This document shows positions 50,296 to 64,000 of a DNA stretch of 64,000 nt, piece after piece (positions within the stretch are counted from its first letter, which is position 1; each line of letters begins with the position of its first letter). Below the pieces are notes generated by a model. The model saw only the letters and a list, made by a program, of their open reading frames with translations, was not told the origin of the DNA and searched no databases. The translations under genes and the position numbers were made by a program. Source of the stretch: Octopus sinensis (lineage: Eukaryota); assembly GCF_006345805.1 (NCBI RefSeq), contig NC_043001.1, forward strand, positions 121,830,001-121,894,000, given 5' to 3'.

Positions 50296-50722
50296 TAAAA
50301 AAAAATCGTGACTTTGTAGCAAGCATTATTTATGATCACCTATCGTGATAATACAACATCAAATGGTATTTCAGAACCCTTCTATCACGAGATATTTGTT
50401 TATCTTACAATATGTGCGTATGTTACTTTCTGTAAATTAGCATTGTTGAGGAAAATAAATTCTATTCGCTTCTGATCTGAGATTAATATAAATTTTCAGG
50501 CCAACAAAAAAATGTCGCTCTTTTCGATTATGCTATACAATTATCATGTACGTATCTTGTTTTAGCTGTAGTTTAATGCTCTTGATAAATATATAGGATG
50601 GCCGACTTTTGAAAATATTCCTGGTATAACATTTTGACTTAAATTACTTTGTTACGATAACTTCTTTTGTGACATCATAATTCTGGATCACTGGCTTTGA
50701 AACACACATCAGTTTTATACCT

Positions 50723-50967
50723 ATTTCTATTTCTATTTCTTTACTACCCACAAGGGGCTAAACACAGAGAGGACAAACAAGGACAGACAAACAGATTAAG
50801 TCGATTATATCGACCCTAGTGCGTAACTGGTACTTATTTAATCGACCCCGAAAAGATGAAAGGCAAAGTCGACCTCGACGGAATTTGAACTCAGAACGCA
50901 GCGGCGGACGAAATACCACAAAGCATTTCGCCCGGCGTGCTAAGGATTCTGCCAGCTCGCTGCCTTA
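50723..50967 (-). mobile_element. SINE family A, full length
   Basis: Consensus match; '(atttct)3' at the tail end. Confidence 0.9.
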
Positions 50968-52612
50968 AACCATCAAACATCTTTTGTATTCGACTCCTGG
51001 CGATGTGGGATCTGCGCAATGATCGATACATTTCCTATAGAAATTAACAAGACATAAAAAAATTCTAATTGCTTCTTATCCCTTTGTAGTTTTACATCCA
51101 TAATTATCACTACTAAACAATTATCAGGTGATAAACTTCTTTTGTCAATCTGCAATATCACCAAACGAACAATTCATTAATCTCAAAGAGAGACAGTATG
51201 ATTGACACCATGCCTGGAACTTTCCAGCCTTTTAATGATCTTATCAACTCTGATATGTAGACTTGACTTCCAATAGTTTTAGCATACATACGCGTATCAT
51301 GTTGATAATTAGTAACATTAGCAACGTATTTCCAGCAACAGGATTAATTGCTCTCTGAAGCATAGCACTAGCTCTTTTAATTCTATGTCTAGCTTAAAAG
51401 ATCTATTGGTGTATTTATCGTTGTTAACTTCTCTTGCGTCGTAATATATTTCTATCTCTTTTAAATCTAATTTAGAAAAATAATTCACTCAAGGGAGAGA
51501 ACGAAATATTGATTCTGTGTTTGGAATTGAATAAGAATCTGAATAAATTGTTTCATTTACACATACTTTTACAGTCTTGACATATTCTGGAGACTATAGC
51601 ATACTTACACACAGACTTACAGCTGTTTCAGATTTGCTTTGGGTTCAATATTTATGGCCGTCTGTTGAAGTTCACTTCACAACCACGTGGTTTTTGAATT
51701 CAGTCCCTCTGCGTGAAACCTTGGGCAAGTGCATTCTGCTATGGTCCCAAGGCTACCAATATCTTGTATGAGAATTCAGTGAAGAGGCACTGTGAATGTT
51801 CCTCTTATAAGTGTATGTAAACGTGTGTGCGTCTTAGTTTTATGTTTGAATCCCACCGCCACCACATGACAACTGGTATTGCTTGTTTAAGTTGCCATAG
51901 CTTAGTAGTTTGGCACAAAGGGACCTATACAAGAAGTACCAAATTTAAAATAAGTACTAGGGCTAATTTCGACATTCAACTCGATGTCCTAACATTGCCG
52001 CGGTTGAAACAACAAATAAAAGAATAAATAACAAGCTTATCACACCTATATATGTTTTTAAAAAAATGGATGGCAACCCCTCGAATGTTTTCGATCACTG
52101 ATTTGCTCGATTAAGGTCGATTTAAGGTTCTGCAACAACGAACAAATTCTGGAAAATTAGCTCATTTTGCTATTCCAACTTGCGTCACCAAGAGTTCTAA
52201 CGAACGAAGGTAAGAATTGCTTTCTCACGGTTGTAGTAATAGCAAAAGAGGTAGTATGGAAGACTAGGGTAAAAGGAATTAAGACAGGCAACTTTATCTC
52301 TGGCCACAATTTACGATCTTTCTTTTTTTTTCATTTAAAAAGGAAGCTGTGGCTAGAGAAGAGGTGTCTGTCGGAGTGTACGTTCCAAAAGAGATGAAAG
52401 CATTTTGCACGAGTGTTGGGCGTGCAAGGAACCGTGTGAATAGACTGGTCAAAAAGAAAATATAAAAAGGTCCCAGCGGTAGATCGGGGCTTGTGGGGTC
52501 GGAACGTGACCTGATCATCGCTTCATTTGCATTGTCTTTTGTATTGTTTATTTCATTCGATTTTTATATATTGTATTAAATTTTAAAACCATATTATATG
52601 TAAACTCATACC

Positions 52613-52845
52613 CATTTCTTTATTACCCACAAGGGGCTAAACATAGAAGGGACAAACAAGGACAGACATAGGTATTAAGTCGATTACATCGACCCCAGTG
52701 CGAAATTGGTACTTAATTTATCGACCCCGAAAGGATGAAAGGTAAAGTCGGCCTCGGCGGAATTTGAACTCACAACGTAACGGCAGACGAAATACCGCTA
52801 AGCATTTCGCCCGACGTGCTAACGTTTCTGCCAGCTCTCCGCCTT
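52613..52845 (-). mobile_element. SINE family A with ~21-bp TSD
   Basis: Flanks 'tattatatgtaaactcatacc' (~52592-52612) and 'tattatgtgtaaactcatacc' (~52846-52866). Confidence 0.88.
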
Positions 52846-53727
52846 ATATTATGTGTAAACTCATACCGTTTCACTGATCCCATCAGTTGTTTTGTCCAAT
52901 TCTATGTTTGGCCCCTAATGGGTAATAAAGAAATCCAAAGTTATGAGCAACATTAAAATCTGACCAGATAATGTTTTCTAAACAAAATAAATAAATAAAC
53001 AAATAAAAGAAAAGAAACATTATAAGTGTAATGATTTATGATTAAGTTATTCATTTCCTAAGAACGGATGTCACTGACAAAACACCTTCCGGAAGATTTA
53101 TGCAAGTCTGCATTCACCGATCCAGCTTATGTCGAATAATTTACGAAGAGAAGTAAATCAGAGTTGCCATGAAATGTATTCTTCACGAACCGAGTGCAGA
53201 CTTGAATTGCATGAGATTTGCAGAGAAAATATACGCAAAATGAGAACATATGACCGAACTTCAGCTATTTACTGGTACTTTATTTCGAGAGAAAAGGGTT
53301 TTGTTTGCATAATATGAAGTACTTCCTAGAGAAACTAAACCATAGAATGAACACATGCGCGTGCGCACAAACACATACACACATATCTATACATATTCAT
53401 ACATAAATGCATAAACACACGCACAAATGTATGTATATACATACATACATACACACACACGCACACACACACACATATATATATACCCAATATATACGTT
53501 TTATTTATTATTTTGCACATTACTTAATCATCGGTATATTATTGCTATTTTATATTTAATATTTCTATTATATGTAATTTTCTAGATGGTGTAATTTAAT
53601 TGTTCAGTTTGAATTGATAAAAGGTGGGTTTTTTCTAATTTTTATATATATATTGTATTTTGTGAAATTTGATTTAGTACTTCTAAATTGAATTTTTCCC
53701 TGTAAGTTAGGAATAATATTCCCTCAA

Positions 53728-53912
<185 letters not shown>

Positions 53913-54557
53913 TCTATGTTGACTTTTGCTTTATGTCTGTACAAGTTGGCTCCAAGTCTCACCCAGAGACCTCAAGAGACAACAGGTTGGAAGTTCTGTG
54001 CCATAGATTTGGGGTTTTTTTTGGTTTTTTTGTTGGTGTTGTACTAGTGAATGTCTAATACATAAAAATAAAAAATAAATAAAAGAATAAAAATAAAGAT
54101 AAAAATAAAAATAAATAAAAAAAAAAGTTTGTTTTAAACCTTGGGATTACATAGAGAGTATTTTGCGTAGGAAATGAGCAGTTCCCATGAGCACTATCTT
54201 TTGAATTTCTGCCATTTTGGGGTTTCCTGGTATCTGAGTTGGGTAGCAATCAGTCCCTTTCGCTATCATTCCCAGGGCACCTATGACAACAAGTATTGTT
54301 TTAGTCTTCAGCTTCCACATTTTGCTGATTTCTATTTCAAGATCTTTATATTTGCTCAGTTTTTGGTAGGTCTTGACAGATACGTTTATATTGATTGGGA
54401 CAGTCATATCAATGAGGAGGCATGTTCTTTGTCTGAAGTCTTTCAATATAATGTCTGGCCTATTTGCATCTATCTTCCTGTCAGTTTGAATGGTGAAGTT
54501 CCAGAGGAGTGAGATGTGGTCATTTTCAAGCACAGGAGGTGGATTGTGTTCCCACCA

Positions 54558-54558
<1 letters not shown>
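53913..54558 (-). mobile_element. RLE-type (R4/Dong-like) LINE 3' fragment inside (TAA)n
   Basis: ORF 54147-54533 'LLWNFTIQTDRKIDANRPDIILKD..LLIDMTVP..KLSKYKDLEIEISKMW..VVIGALG..LRKILSM'; (TAA)n on both sides. Confidence 0.9.
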
Positions 54559-54611
<53 letters not shown>

Positions 54612-54752
54612 TTATTATTATTATTATTATCATTATTATTATATTATTATTATTATTATTATATTATTATTATTATATTATTATCATTATTATTATCATT
54701 ATTATTATTATATTATTTTATTATTATTATTATTATTATTATTATATTATAT

Positions 54753-54839
<87 letters not shown>

Positions 54840-55186
54840 CATATTCACGAATATACACATACACACATACTTGTTAATGCAATGCAAAAGAAATATTCAA
54901 ACTCAAATGGTACGCAATTGAGTTAAATATGATAATGGTTCTGTTTTAGTTTCAAGGACACCAGTTTTGATGGTAAAAGTTTGAACAGTATCATGGACTT
55001 CTACACAAGACTGGTACTGCATATTTTATCGACCATTCGGGTCGACGGTACGTGTGCTCAGACGGTACATAGGCCCAGAACGGTACATGAGTTTAGAACA
55101 TAAAGATCTGGAAGAAATACTGCAATCATTTTCCCGACTGTCTACTTATTCTGCCAGCAGACCGCCTACAGTTAAGCATAATAATA

Positions 55187-55615
55187 ATGGTTTCCAATTT
55201 TGGCACAAGGCCAGCAATTTCTGAGGAAGGGTTTTGTCGATTACATCGACCCCAGTGCTCAACTGGTACTTATTTTATCAACTGCAAAATGATGAAAGAC
55301 AAAGACAACCTCGGCGGAATTTTAACTCAGAACGTAAAGAGGGACGAAATACTGCTAAACATTTTACAGGCGTGCTAACAATTCTTATTTCTTTATTGCC
55401 CACAAGGGGCTAAACATATAGGGGACAAACAAGGACAGATAAAGGGATTAAGTCGATTACATCGACTCCAGTGAGTAACTGGTACTTAATTTATCAACCC
55501 CGAAAGGATGAAAGGCAAAGTCGACCTCGACAGAATTTGAACTCAGAACGTAAAGACGAACGAAATGCCGCTAAACGTTTTTTCCCGGAGTGCTAACGAT
55601 TCTGCCAGCTCACCG
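55187..55615 (-). mobile_element. Two tandem SINE family A copies
   Basis: Consensus match at 55187-55380 and 55385-55615. Confidence 0.85.
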
Positions 55616-55853
55616 ATCGAAGTCGATAACTGATATTATGATTCAAATTATTATGGCGTAAAAAGGAAATAAATCACTACAGTTTTCTTCCTGATTCATT
55701 ATCATTGGCGGAAATGTAACCTCACAGTAGGTTGCTGCAGTGAAGGATACCAAACATACCGCTCAATATTATTATGTACTATAATTGTTTTTGCAGATTA
55801 GACTGCTCAAGTATTACAATTCTGACTTTTAGAATTTTGTTGGTGGCAATAGT

Positions 55854-56270
55854 GGATCTTTTCGGTTTGAACGGCAGTTTTTAACATAATTTCTAGGTAA
55901 CTAAAAGATTTAAAACTTCGTATACTGGTAGAATGTGTTTATAAAGCATCTTTTTCTCTTGGCTTTATTGAGAAAATTCTATAGTTTGTAAGATATTTGT
56001 TGTTTTTTTCTTCAATTTCTGCAATTTCAACCAATCAATGACGTCTATTGAGGTAAAAAAGCATTCTGTGCCGTATGAATATGTCCCTCGTTTAAGAAAC
56101 AGATTGGGTTTATTTACATTTGTGGAGAAAAAAAGATACCCGTCCCCCCACCCCTAACCCTAACCCTAAAACAGATTGAAATGCAATAGATCGATACTAG
56201 GGTCATAATTATGGGTGACAATTTCATATGACACCGCTAGAAAAAGCTGCCGTTCAAACCGAAAAGATCC
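55854..56270. mobile_element. Non-autonomous TIR element with internal (CCCTAA)n and 37-bp flanking duplication
   Basis: TIRs 'ggatcttttcggtttgaacggcag' / 'ctgccgttcaaaccgaaaagatcc' (24 of 24 match); direct repeat at 55817-55853 and 56271-56307. Confidence 0.85.
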
Positions 56271-56520
56271 CAATTCTGACTTTTAGAATTTTGTTGGTGG
56301 TAATAGTTTTTATCTGTTTCTCGATTTAATACCATCACCTAATTTTTGGATAACTTAAACAGAATCCATCCTGTTGTATTTCGATCAGGTACCATGTATA
56401 TCCCCCTAGTCTCGGAGACGCTGTAAACGGTCACAACTGACTAAACCTTAATAAGAAAATTGATATGCAGTTCGAAAATTAATATGCAGTATACTCTTTC
56501 AATCAAACTCTGTGTGTGTG

Positions 56521-56597
<77 letters not shown>

Positions 56598-56925
56598 TGT
56601 GTGTGTGTGTGTGTGAATCAATATCGAGAATAAATCATCTGGTGGTAGAGATTTGGCAAGGCAAGTCTAGAAAAAACATTTTACGCAGAGTTAATTAATT
56701 CATATGTTCTGTGGTGTGTAACGTAATTTTTATAGAAACACTATTATAAGCTAAACACTTGTCAGAATTTTATTGGAAAACCAGCTTTCAGAATATCTTA
56801 TTTTTACTTTGCACTAATTTCATAATGTCCAACTCCTACGTCTTTCAGGGCACTCATACTGTTGGCACGACAGTGAAACAACTCTACATAATTCTCTCCT
56901 TCGATGGTATACTTCAAGATTGAAA

Positions 56926-57310
56926 AGGTGGCGAGCTGGCAGAAACGTTAGCACGCCGGGCAAAATGAGTAGCCGTATTTCGTCTGCCGTTACGTTGTGA
57001 GTTCAAATTCCGTCGAGGTCGACTTTGCCTTTCATCCTTTCGGGGTCGATAAATTAAGTACCAGTTACGCACTGGGGGTCGATGTAATCGACTTAATCCG
57101 TTTGTCTGTCCTTGTTTCTCCTCTCTGTGTTTAGCCCCTTGTGGGTAGTAAAGAAATACGTATTTCGTCTGCCGCTAAGTTCTGAGTTCAAATTCCGCCG
57201 ATAAATTAAGTAGCAGTTATGCACTGGGGTCGATGTAATCGACTTAATACCTATGTCTGTGCTTGTTTGTCCATTCTATGTTTAGCCTCTTGTGGGTTAT
57301 AAAGAAATAG
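56926..57310 (+). mobile_element. SINE family A, head plus two bodies
   Basis: After the tail 'gtaaagaaata' the sequence re-enters at 'cgtatttcgtctgccg'. Confidence 0.85.
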
Positions 57311-57374
57311 GTAGACTTCAAGATTGAAGATCACAACAACCAGACGCAAACTGTCTTCGCTACATTGCATATTT

Positions 57375-57797
57375 ACTCTTTTACTTGTTTCAGTCATTTG
57401 ACTGCGATCATGCTGGAGCACCGCCTTTTTTAGTCGAGCAAATCGACCCCAGGACCTATTCTTTGTAAGTTAAGTACTTATTCTATCGGTCGCTTTTGCC
57501 GAACCGCTAAGTTACGGGGACGTAAACACACCAGCATCTGTTTCAAGCGATGTTGGGGCGACAAACACAGACACACAAATATATACACACATACATACAT
57601 ATGTAAGTATGTGTGTGTGTGTATACATATATACGACGGGCTTCTCTCAGTTTCCGTCTACCAAATCCACTCACAAGGCTTTGGTCGGCCCGAGGCTATA
57701 GTAGAAGACATTTGCCCAAGGTGCCACGCAGTGGGACTGAACCCGAAACCATGTGGTTGGTAAGCAAGCTACTTACCACTCAGCCACTTCTACGCCT
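57375..57797 (-). mobile_element. SINE family B, full length
   Basis: Consensus match. Confidence 0.9.
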
Positions 57798-57829
57798 ATG
57801 CGTATGTCAATGTTATTACAATGTGAAGT

Positions 57830-58305
57830 CAATGTTGGTTTCAAATTTTGGAACAAAGCCGGCACTTTTGGAGGAGGGGGTAAATTGCTTACATCAACAC
57901 CAGTACTGAACTGGTACTTATTTTATCGACTCCGAAAGGCTGAAAGGCAAAGTCGACCTCGGCGAATTTGAACTCAAAATGTAAAGACAAACGAAATGTC
58001 GCTAAGTATTTTACTCTGCATGCGAATGATTCTGTCAGCTCGCCACCTTGATGTGAAGTTAATATTGAAAGGTCATAGGGCGGCGAGCTGGCAGAAACGT
58101 TAGCACGCCGGGCGAAATGCGTTGCCGTATTTCGTCTGCCGTTACGTTTTGAGTTCAAATTCCGCCGAGGCTGACTTTGATTTCATCATTTCAGGGTCGA
58201 TAAATTAAGTAGCAGTTACGCACTGGAGTCGATGTTATCGACTTAATACCTATGTCTGTCCTTGTTCGTTCCCTCTCTGTTTAGCCCCTAGTGGGTAATA
58301 AAAAA
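57830..58305. mobile_element. Head-to-head SINE family A pair
   Basis: Minus copy 57830-58048; plus copy 58077-58305. Confidence 0.8.
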
Positions 58306-58624
58306 CAAATATTGAACAGTCATAAAAAGGAGGTCGAGTGTAATGTAACGTAATGGAATGTAATTTTGCTTCACTTAGAGAAGTCACTCCAAAAACAAAT
58401 ACGTTTCGTTAAATCTATCTAGAGTGTTGCGTCTTTCAAGAAAATACTCCGTAGTTGTAGCTGTTTCCCAGAGTTACGCGAGTGGAAAAAAAAAAAATTA
58501 AAACTGCTTCTTTTTTACACATCACACAATCCATGCTTTAAATGTCTGATATATTGAATCTCAGTTACAATGTTCTGAGATAATATGTATGCATATAAGT
58601 GTGTACTATACACATAAGCACACA

Positions 58625-58663
58625 CACACACACGTCTCTCTCTCTCTTTCTCCTCTCTCTCTC

Positions 58664-58740
<77 letters not shown>

Positions 58741-58818
58741 TAGATAGATAGATAGATAGATATAGACATACATACATACATACAAAAACATATATACACA
58801 CACACATATATATATGAC

Positions 58819-58899
<81 letters not shown>

Positions 58900-58905
58900 T
58901 TATCT
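58625..58905. repeat. (TA)n/(GATA)n/(TATC)n microsatellite complex
   Basis: Read directly from the sequence. Confidence 0.9.
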
Positions 58906-59364
58906 GTATCATAAAAGAAGCAGACAAAAGTTGTAGCATCGCCTGCAGGCTTCGAACGTCGCGTTTTGAGTTCAGGTGCTGGTTTACCATATTTAATCAC
59001 ATTACACTTTTTCCAGATAAAACAACTGAAAAAAATTTCCTTTAAATCTCGTTCTTTATATTAAAAAAAAAAAATAAAGTGTTAAATTTTGAAATAAATC
59101 TGTCTCTAAAAATTAGTTTAATCACCAGAGGCAAACGATGTAACTGGTGAATAAAAACAACTGAAATGTCTGAAGTATTCAATAATAAACTATTAAACAA
59201 TGAAAGTATTGAATAACAAGAATATCTTTCCAGTCGTTATCGATTGTTTATAACCGCCACCACCACCACCACCACCATAACCACCATTATCGTATCACTA
59301 CATGCTATAATTAAAGAAGCATAGTTATGATCAAGACTTTATATTCAGAATTACAGTTTATAAC

Positions 59365-60130
59365 TCTTTTACTCTTTTACTTGTTTCAGTCATTTGACTG
59401 TGACCATGCTGGAGCACCGCCTTTGGTCGAGCAAATCGATCCCAGGATTTATTCTTTGTAAGCCTAGTACTTATTCTATCGGTCTTTATTGCCGAACCGC
59501 TAAGTTACGGAGACGTAAACACGCCAGCATCGGTTGTCAAGCGATCACAAACATATACACACACATACATATATATACATATATACGACGGGCTTCTTAC
59601 AGTTTCCGTCTACCAAATCCACTCACAAGGCTTTGGTCGGCCCGAGGCTATAGTAGAAGACACTTGCCCAAGGTGCCACGCAGTGGGACTGAACCCGGAA
59701 CCATGTGGTTCGTAAGCAAGCTACTTACCACACAGCCACTCCTACGCCTGGCTTTTTTTCTTTGTTCCAGACATTGGACTGCGGCCATGTTGGGGGCACT
59801 GTCTTGAAGGGTTTTAGTCAAAACAACCACGGTACTTACTATTAATTCTTTAAAATCCGCTAATCATTCTATTGGTGTCTTTTTGCCGAACCACTAAGTT
59901 ATGGGCACATAAACAAACCGACACCGGTTGACAAGCTGTGATGGCGAGAGAAACGCAAAAACACACACACGTGCATGCGTGCACACACACACACATATAT
60001 ATACGACGAACTTCCACAGTTCCTGTCTACCAAATTCACTCATAAAGCTCTTCCCCCAAGGTGCCGCACGTTGGAACTGAACCGGAAACCAAGTGGTTGC
60101 AAAGCGATCTTCTTAACCATACAACCATGG
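59365..60130 (-). mobile_element. Two tandem SINE family B copies (young, then old)
   Basis: 59365-59748 is near consensus; 59770-60130 is diverged. Confidence 0.85.
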
Positions 60131-61019
60131 ATATTCATTCATTATCTTTTTTTAAATGTAAGTGAATTATTTTCGCGACGCTCCTAGCTCTCACGATACA
60201 CTATAATGAGGCAGTGCATCATTTCAGAATTTCTATCCTCTTATAACAGGAAGGATGCAGACGATAATTTGATCTTAAATACATCACTATATCTAAAAAC
60301 ATTGACTGCGTTGTCTCTCTGATCAAGAAAACATTTGTCACACGAAGGCCCAGCCCGCACAGCTGCAAATGGGTATAACAGAGTAGGAATGTTAACAGTT
60401 GCTCTAAGTACCTTGTAGTGCTGAGGTCCAGTTGTCCTGTAGGTCTGGAAAGACACTTCAATCCACAGACAAAGACTAACAATGATGCACAATCGTCTGG
60501 GCTAGCTTTGACATTAGATTCACGCTCTCATTCAGATTAAGTTTTTCTTTTATGACTTGAAGATGTGACATGAGACAGTTCCACACTCATGAACATCTTG
60601 TCTCTTTGTTTTCTCTCCGTGTTGATATATGGACAATTAAGGTGGTTTTAGAGTCAGATCATGGCTGCTATTTTCAGGGTGGTGGTATCTCGTAGATACC
60701 CTAATTTATAATTTTAATAATTATTGCCTTAGAAGGTTATTTTTTCCATGCTGACCACTTGATAAAATCGTTATTTTATTTTTAAATTAACGATCCTATC
60801 CTTATTTATATATATATGTAGATATGTATTTTAATGTCAAGAATTTTTGCTTATAAGTTATTTAACATATTGGTATTTGTTATTGGTATTTGCCAATGGC
60901 CACTTCGAGTTATTTCATTTAGCTCATTTTTGTTGAAGTCATGAAAATTACCATAACCATAATTATTTTCCATTCTATTTTGAATAAGTCTAAGTCTGTT
61001 GGCAGCTGGAGGTATTCTT

Positions 61020-61222
61020 TTCTACTCTAGGCACAAGGCCCGAAATCTTTGGCGGAGTATCAGTCAATTAGTTCGACCCCAGTATGCAACTAGTACTTAA
61101 TTTATCGACACTGAAAGGATGAAAAGTCGACCTTGGCGGAATTTAAACTCAGAATGTAAAGACAGATAAAATACTGCTAAGCATTTCGCCCAGTGTGCTA
61201 ACGTTTCTGCCAGCTCGCCATC
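61020..61222 (-). mobile_element. SINE family A
   Basis: Consensus match. Confidence 0.8.
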
Positions 61223-61496
61223 GGACAATTGTGCTGATAAAGGCTATTGAACCAGGAACATGTGTCACCGGTTGCCCCCTTATCTTTTAAGCCAATCCTT
61301 TTCCTTCAGAAATATTTGGTTCTTGAGATTGTTTACACTTCTCAAGTAGAACTGACCATAATTGGTATTTAGCAATTGTCATACATTCTCATAAAGCGGA
61401 GATAGTTATTCTATTTAAAATACGTATCGTGAATTTTGCTGTAATGTATTTAGCATACCGGTATTTGTCTATGTTATTCAAATACATATATAGGAG

Positions 61497-61657
61497 CAGG
61501 AGTGGCTGTATGGTAAGAGGCTTGCTTACCAACCACATGGTTCCGGGTTCAGTCCCACTGCGTGGCACCTTGGGCAAGTGTCTTCTACTATAGCCTCGGG
61601 CTGACCAAAGCCTTGTGAGTGGATTTGGTAGACGGAAACTAAAAGAAGCCCGTCGTG

Positions 61658-61741
<84 letters not shown>

Positions 61742-62670
61742 TTTACTCTTTTACTGGTTTCAGTGGCCATGCTGGAGCACCGCCTTTAGTCGAGCAAATC
61801 GACCCTAGGACTTATTCTTTGTAAGCCTAGTACTTATTCTATCGGTCTTTATTGCCGAACTGCTAAGTCACGGGGACGTAAACACACCAGCATCGGTTGT
61901 CAAGCGATGTTGGCTGGGAGGGGGACAAACACAGACACACAATCATATACATACACACACATACATACATATACATACACACACATATATACGACGGGCT
62001 TCATTCAGTTTCCGTCTACCAAATCCACTCACAAGGCTTTGGTCGGTCCGATGCTATAGTAGAAGACACTTGCCCATGGTGCCACGCTGTGGGACTGAAC
62101 CCAGAAACCATGTGGTTGGTAAGCAAGTTACTTAGCACACAGCCACTCCTACGCCCCTATATTTTATATGTATGTATGTGTGTTTGTGTTTATCCTCCCA
62201 ACATCGCTTGACAAACGATGCTGGTGTGTTTACGTCCCCGTAACTTAGCGGTTCGGCAAAAGAGACAGATAGAATAAGTACTAGGCTTACAAAGTATAAG
62301 TCCTGGGGTCGATTTGCTCGACTAAAAGATATAAAAAAAAAGGTGGTGCTCCTGCATTACCACACCCTTTGCTCGAAACATAAAAGAATAAAAGATTTTA
62401 TTGTTAATGCTTGTTTTTATGCTTAGTTATTTACATTAACGTGACGAGTTAATGTTAAACATTGATGTTATTGTCAGTGACTTCGAAGATTCCGACGATA
62501 GTTTAATTGGCCGAAACTTCGAAATCACTGTTTACGTCTACCACATCTACCCACAAGGCTTTGGTCGGCCCAAGGCCGTAGCAGTACAAGACATTTGTCC
62601 AAGGTGTCACACAGTAGGAGCGAAATCGGAACCGTGTGGTTCGGAAACAAAGTTCTTATCACACACCCAT
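61497..62670. mobile_element. Nested, alternating SINE family B copies
   Basis: Plus head 61497-61660, full minus copy 61740-62155, plus tail 62165-62350, minus head 62540-62670. Confidence 0.85.
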
Positions 62671-62739
62671 GCCTAAACATACATGCATATATGTGTGTGT
62701 GTGAGAGAGAGAGAGTGAGAGAGAGAGAGAATGCGTGTA

Positions 62740-62796
<57 letters not shown>

Positions 62797-63204
62797 TTAT
62801 ATATATATAAATATGTGAGTAGGTGTATATCTAAGTGAGTGTATATGTTTAGACACAATAAATTGTTTCTAACATAAGTTTTCACTTTTTTTAAAACACG
62901 TATACACACATATATACACACACACTTCGTTCTGTCTGCGAATATTTGTGACCTGGTATCTCTGTTGATGTGCGTAATATTGCATATGACCTACATCTGA
63001 CTTTGTGATGATCACTTTTACATACCAGGAGGAGTGGTTTACTTAGAAGTAGACCTATTGTCAAATGGTTCGTCAGCTGTCTTTCAAAAGGAAGCGAAGA
63101 AATGTCATACGAGATACACGCACGCACATTCGCACATACTCACAAGCATTGCGTGTGTTCGCGTATATGAATGTATAGTAGTGGCTGTATATTATAATCA
63201 CAGT

Positions 63205-63800
63205 AAAGGCGTTAGCACGCCGGGCGATTTGCGTAGCCGTATTTCGTCTGCCGCTACGTTCTGAGTTCAAATTCCGCCAAGGTCGACTTTGCCTTTCATC
63301 ATTTCGGAATCGATAAATTAAGTAGCAGTTACGCACTCGGGTCGATATAATCGACTTAATCCGTTTGTCTTTCCTTGTTTATCCTCTCTGTGTTTGGCCC
63401 CTTGTGGGTAGTAAAGAAATTGGTATTTTATGTCTACATTCTGAGTTCAAATTGCGCTGAGGTCGACTTTGCCTTTCACCCTTTCGGGGTCGATATATTA
63501 AGTACTAGTTGCGTACTAGGGTCGATCTAATCGACTTGCCCCCTCCCCCCAAATTTCGGGCCTTGTGCTTTGAATAGAAAATAATATATGTAAACTGATA
63601 AGGCTGCGAGCAGGCAGAAACGTTAGCACGCTGAGCGAAATGCTTAGCGATATTTCGTCTGTCTTTACGTTCTGCGTTCAAATTCTGCCGAGGTCGACTT
63701 TACCTTTCATCGTTTCGGAGCTGATAGATTAAGTACTGAGGTAGACCTAATCGACTGGCACCCCCACCTCAGAAATTTCGGGCCTTGTGCCTAGATTAAG
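63205..63800 (+). mobile_element. Tandem SINE family A copies (three bodies)
   Basis: 'ttctg.gttcaaatt..gtcgacttt.ccttt' occurs three times. Confidence 0.85.
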
Positions 63801-63844
63801 AACGAATATTATAGTCACAGTTATTAATTTACTTAGCTCTTTTA

Positions 63845-64000
63845 ATCTTTAACTTGTTTCAGTCATTTGACTGCGGCCATGCTGGAACACCGCCTTTAGT
63901 CGAGCAAATCGACCCCGGGACTTATTCTTTGTAAGCCTAGTACTTATTCTATCGGTCCCTTTTGCCGAACCACTAAGTTACGGAGACGTAAACGCACCAG
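63845..64000 (-). mobile_element. SINE family B 3' part (runs off the window)
   Basis: Consensus match. Confidence 0.85.

Noticed and set aside
50970-51450. Possible decayed coding sequence on the minus strand
   Set aside because: Only short open stretches with stops; I could not assign any motif.
56148-56170. Telomere or interstitial telomeric array
   Set aside because: Only about 3 CCCTAA units, internal to a TIR element.

Overview
AT-rich, repeat-saturated eukaryotic genomic DNA. The SINE and microsatellite complement looks like an octopus/cephalopod intergenic or intronic region; that is my inference from recalled repeat families, not a search result. No intact protein-coding gene is supportable, and most listed ORFs are microsatellite, SINE or satellite read-throughs. 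The window contains: dozens of tRNA-derived SINE copies from about 4 families; three decayed Tc1/mariner transposons; hAT- and pogo-type MITEs; RLE-type and CR1-type LINE fragments; a Penelope-like GIY-YIG fragment with an inverted arm; a 9-unit VNTR with (CATA)n spacers; a 1.6 kb foldback of a ~554-bp unit; a 5.4 kb ~165-bp satellite that aligns to the 5' region of a SINE; and a 100-N gap. The best candidate for an unannotated system is a 725-bp insertion at 8053-8777. It carries two tandem type I hammerhead ribozymes 364 nt apart (variant U3-A8 core, palindromic minimal stem III), an inverted arm and a 13-bp target duplication, which fits a retrozyme or Penelope pLTR-type element. Further hammerhead-like motifs occur elsewhere. 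All coordinates and alignments were read by eye; ends are approximate unless stated.
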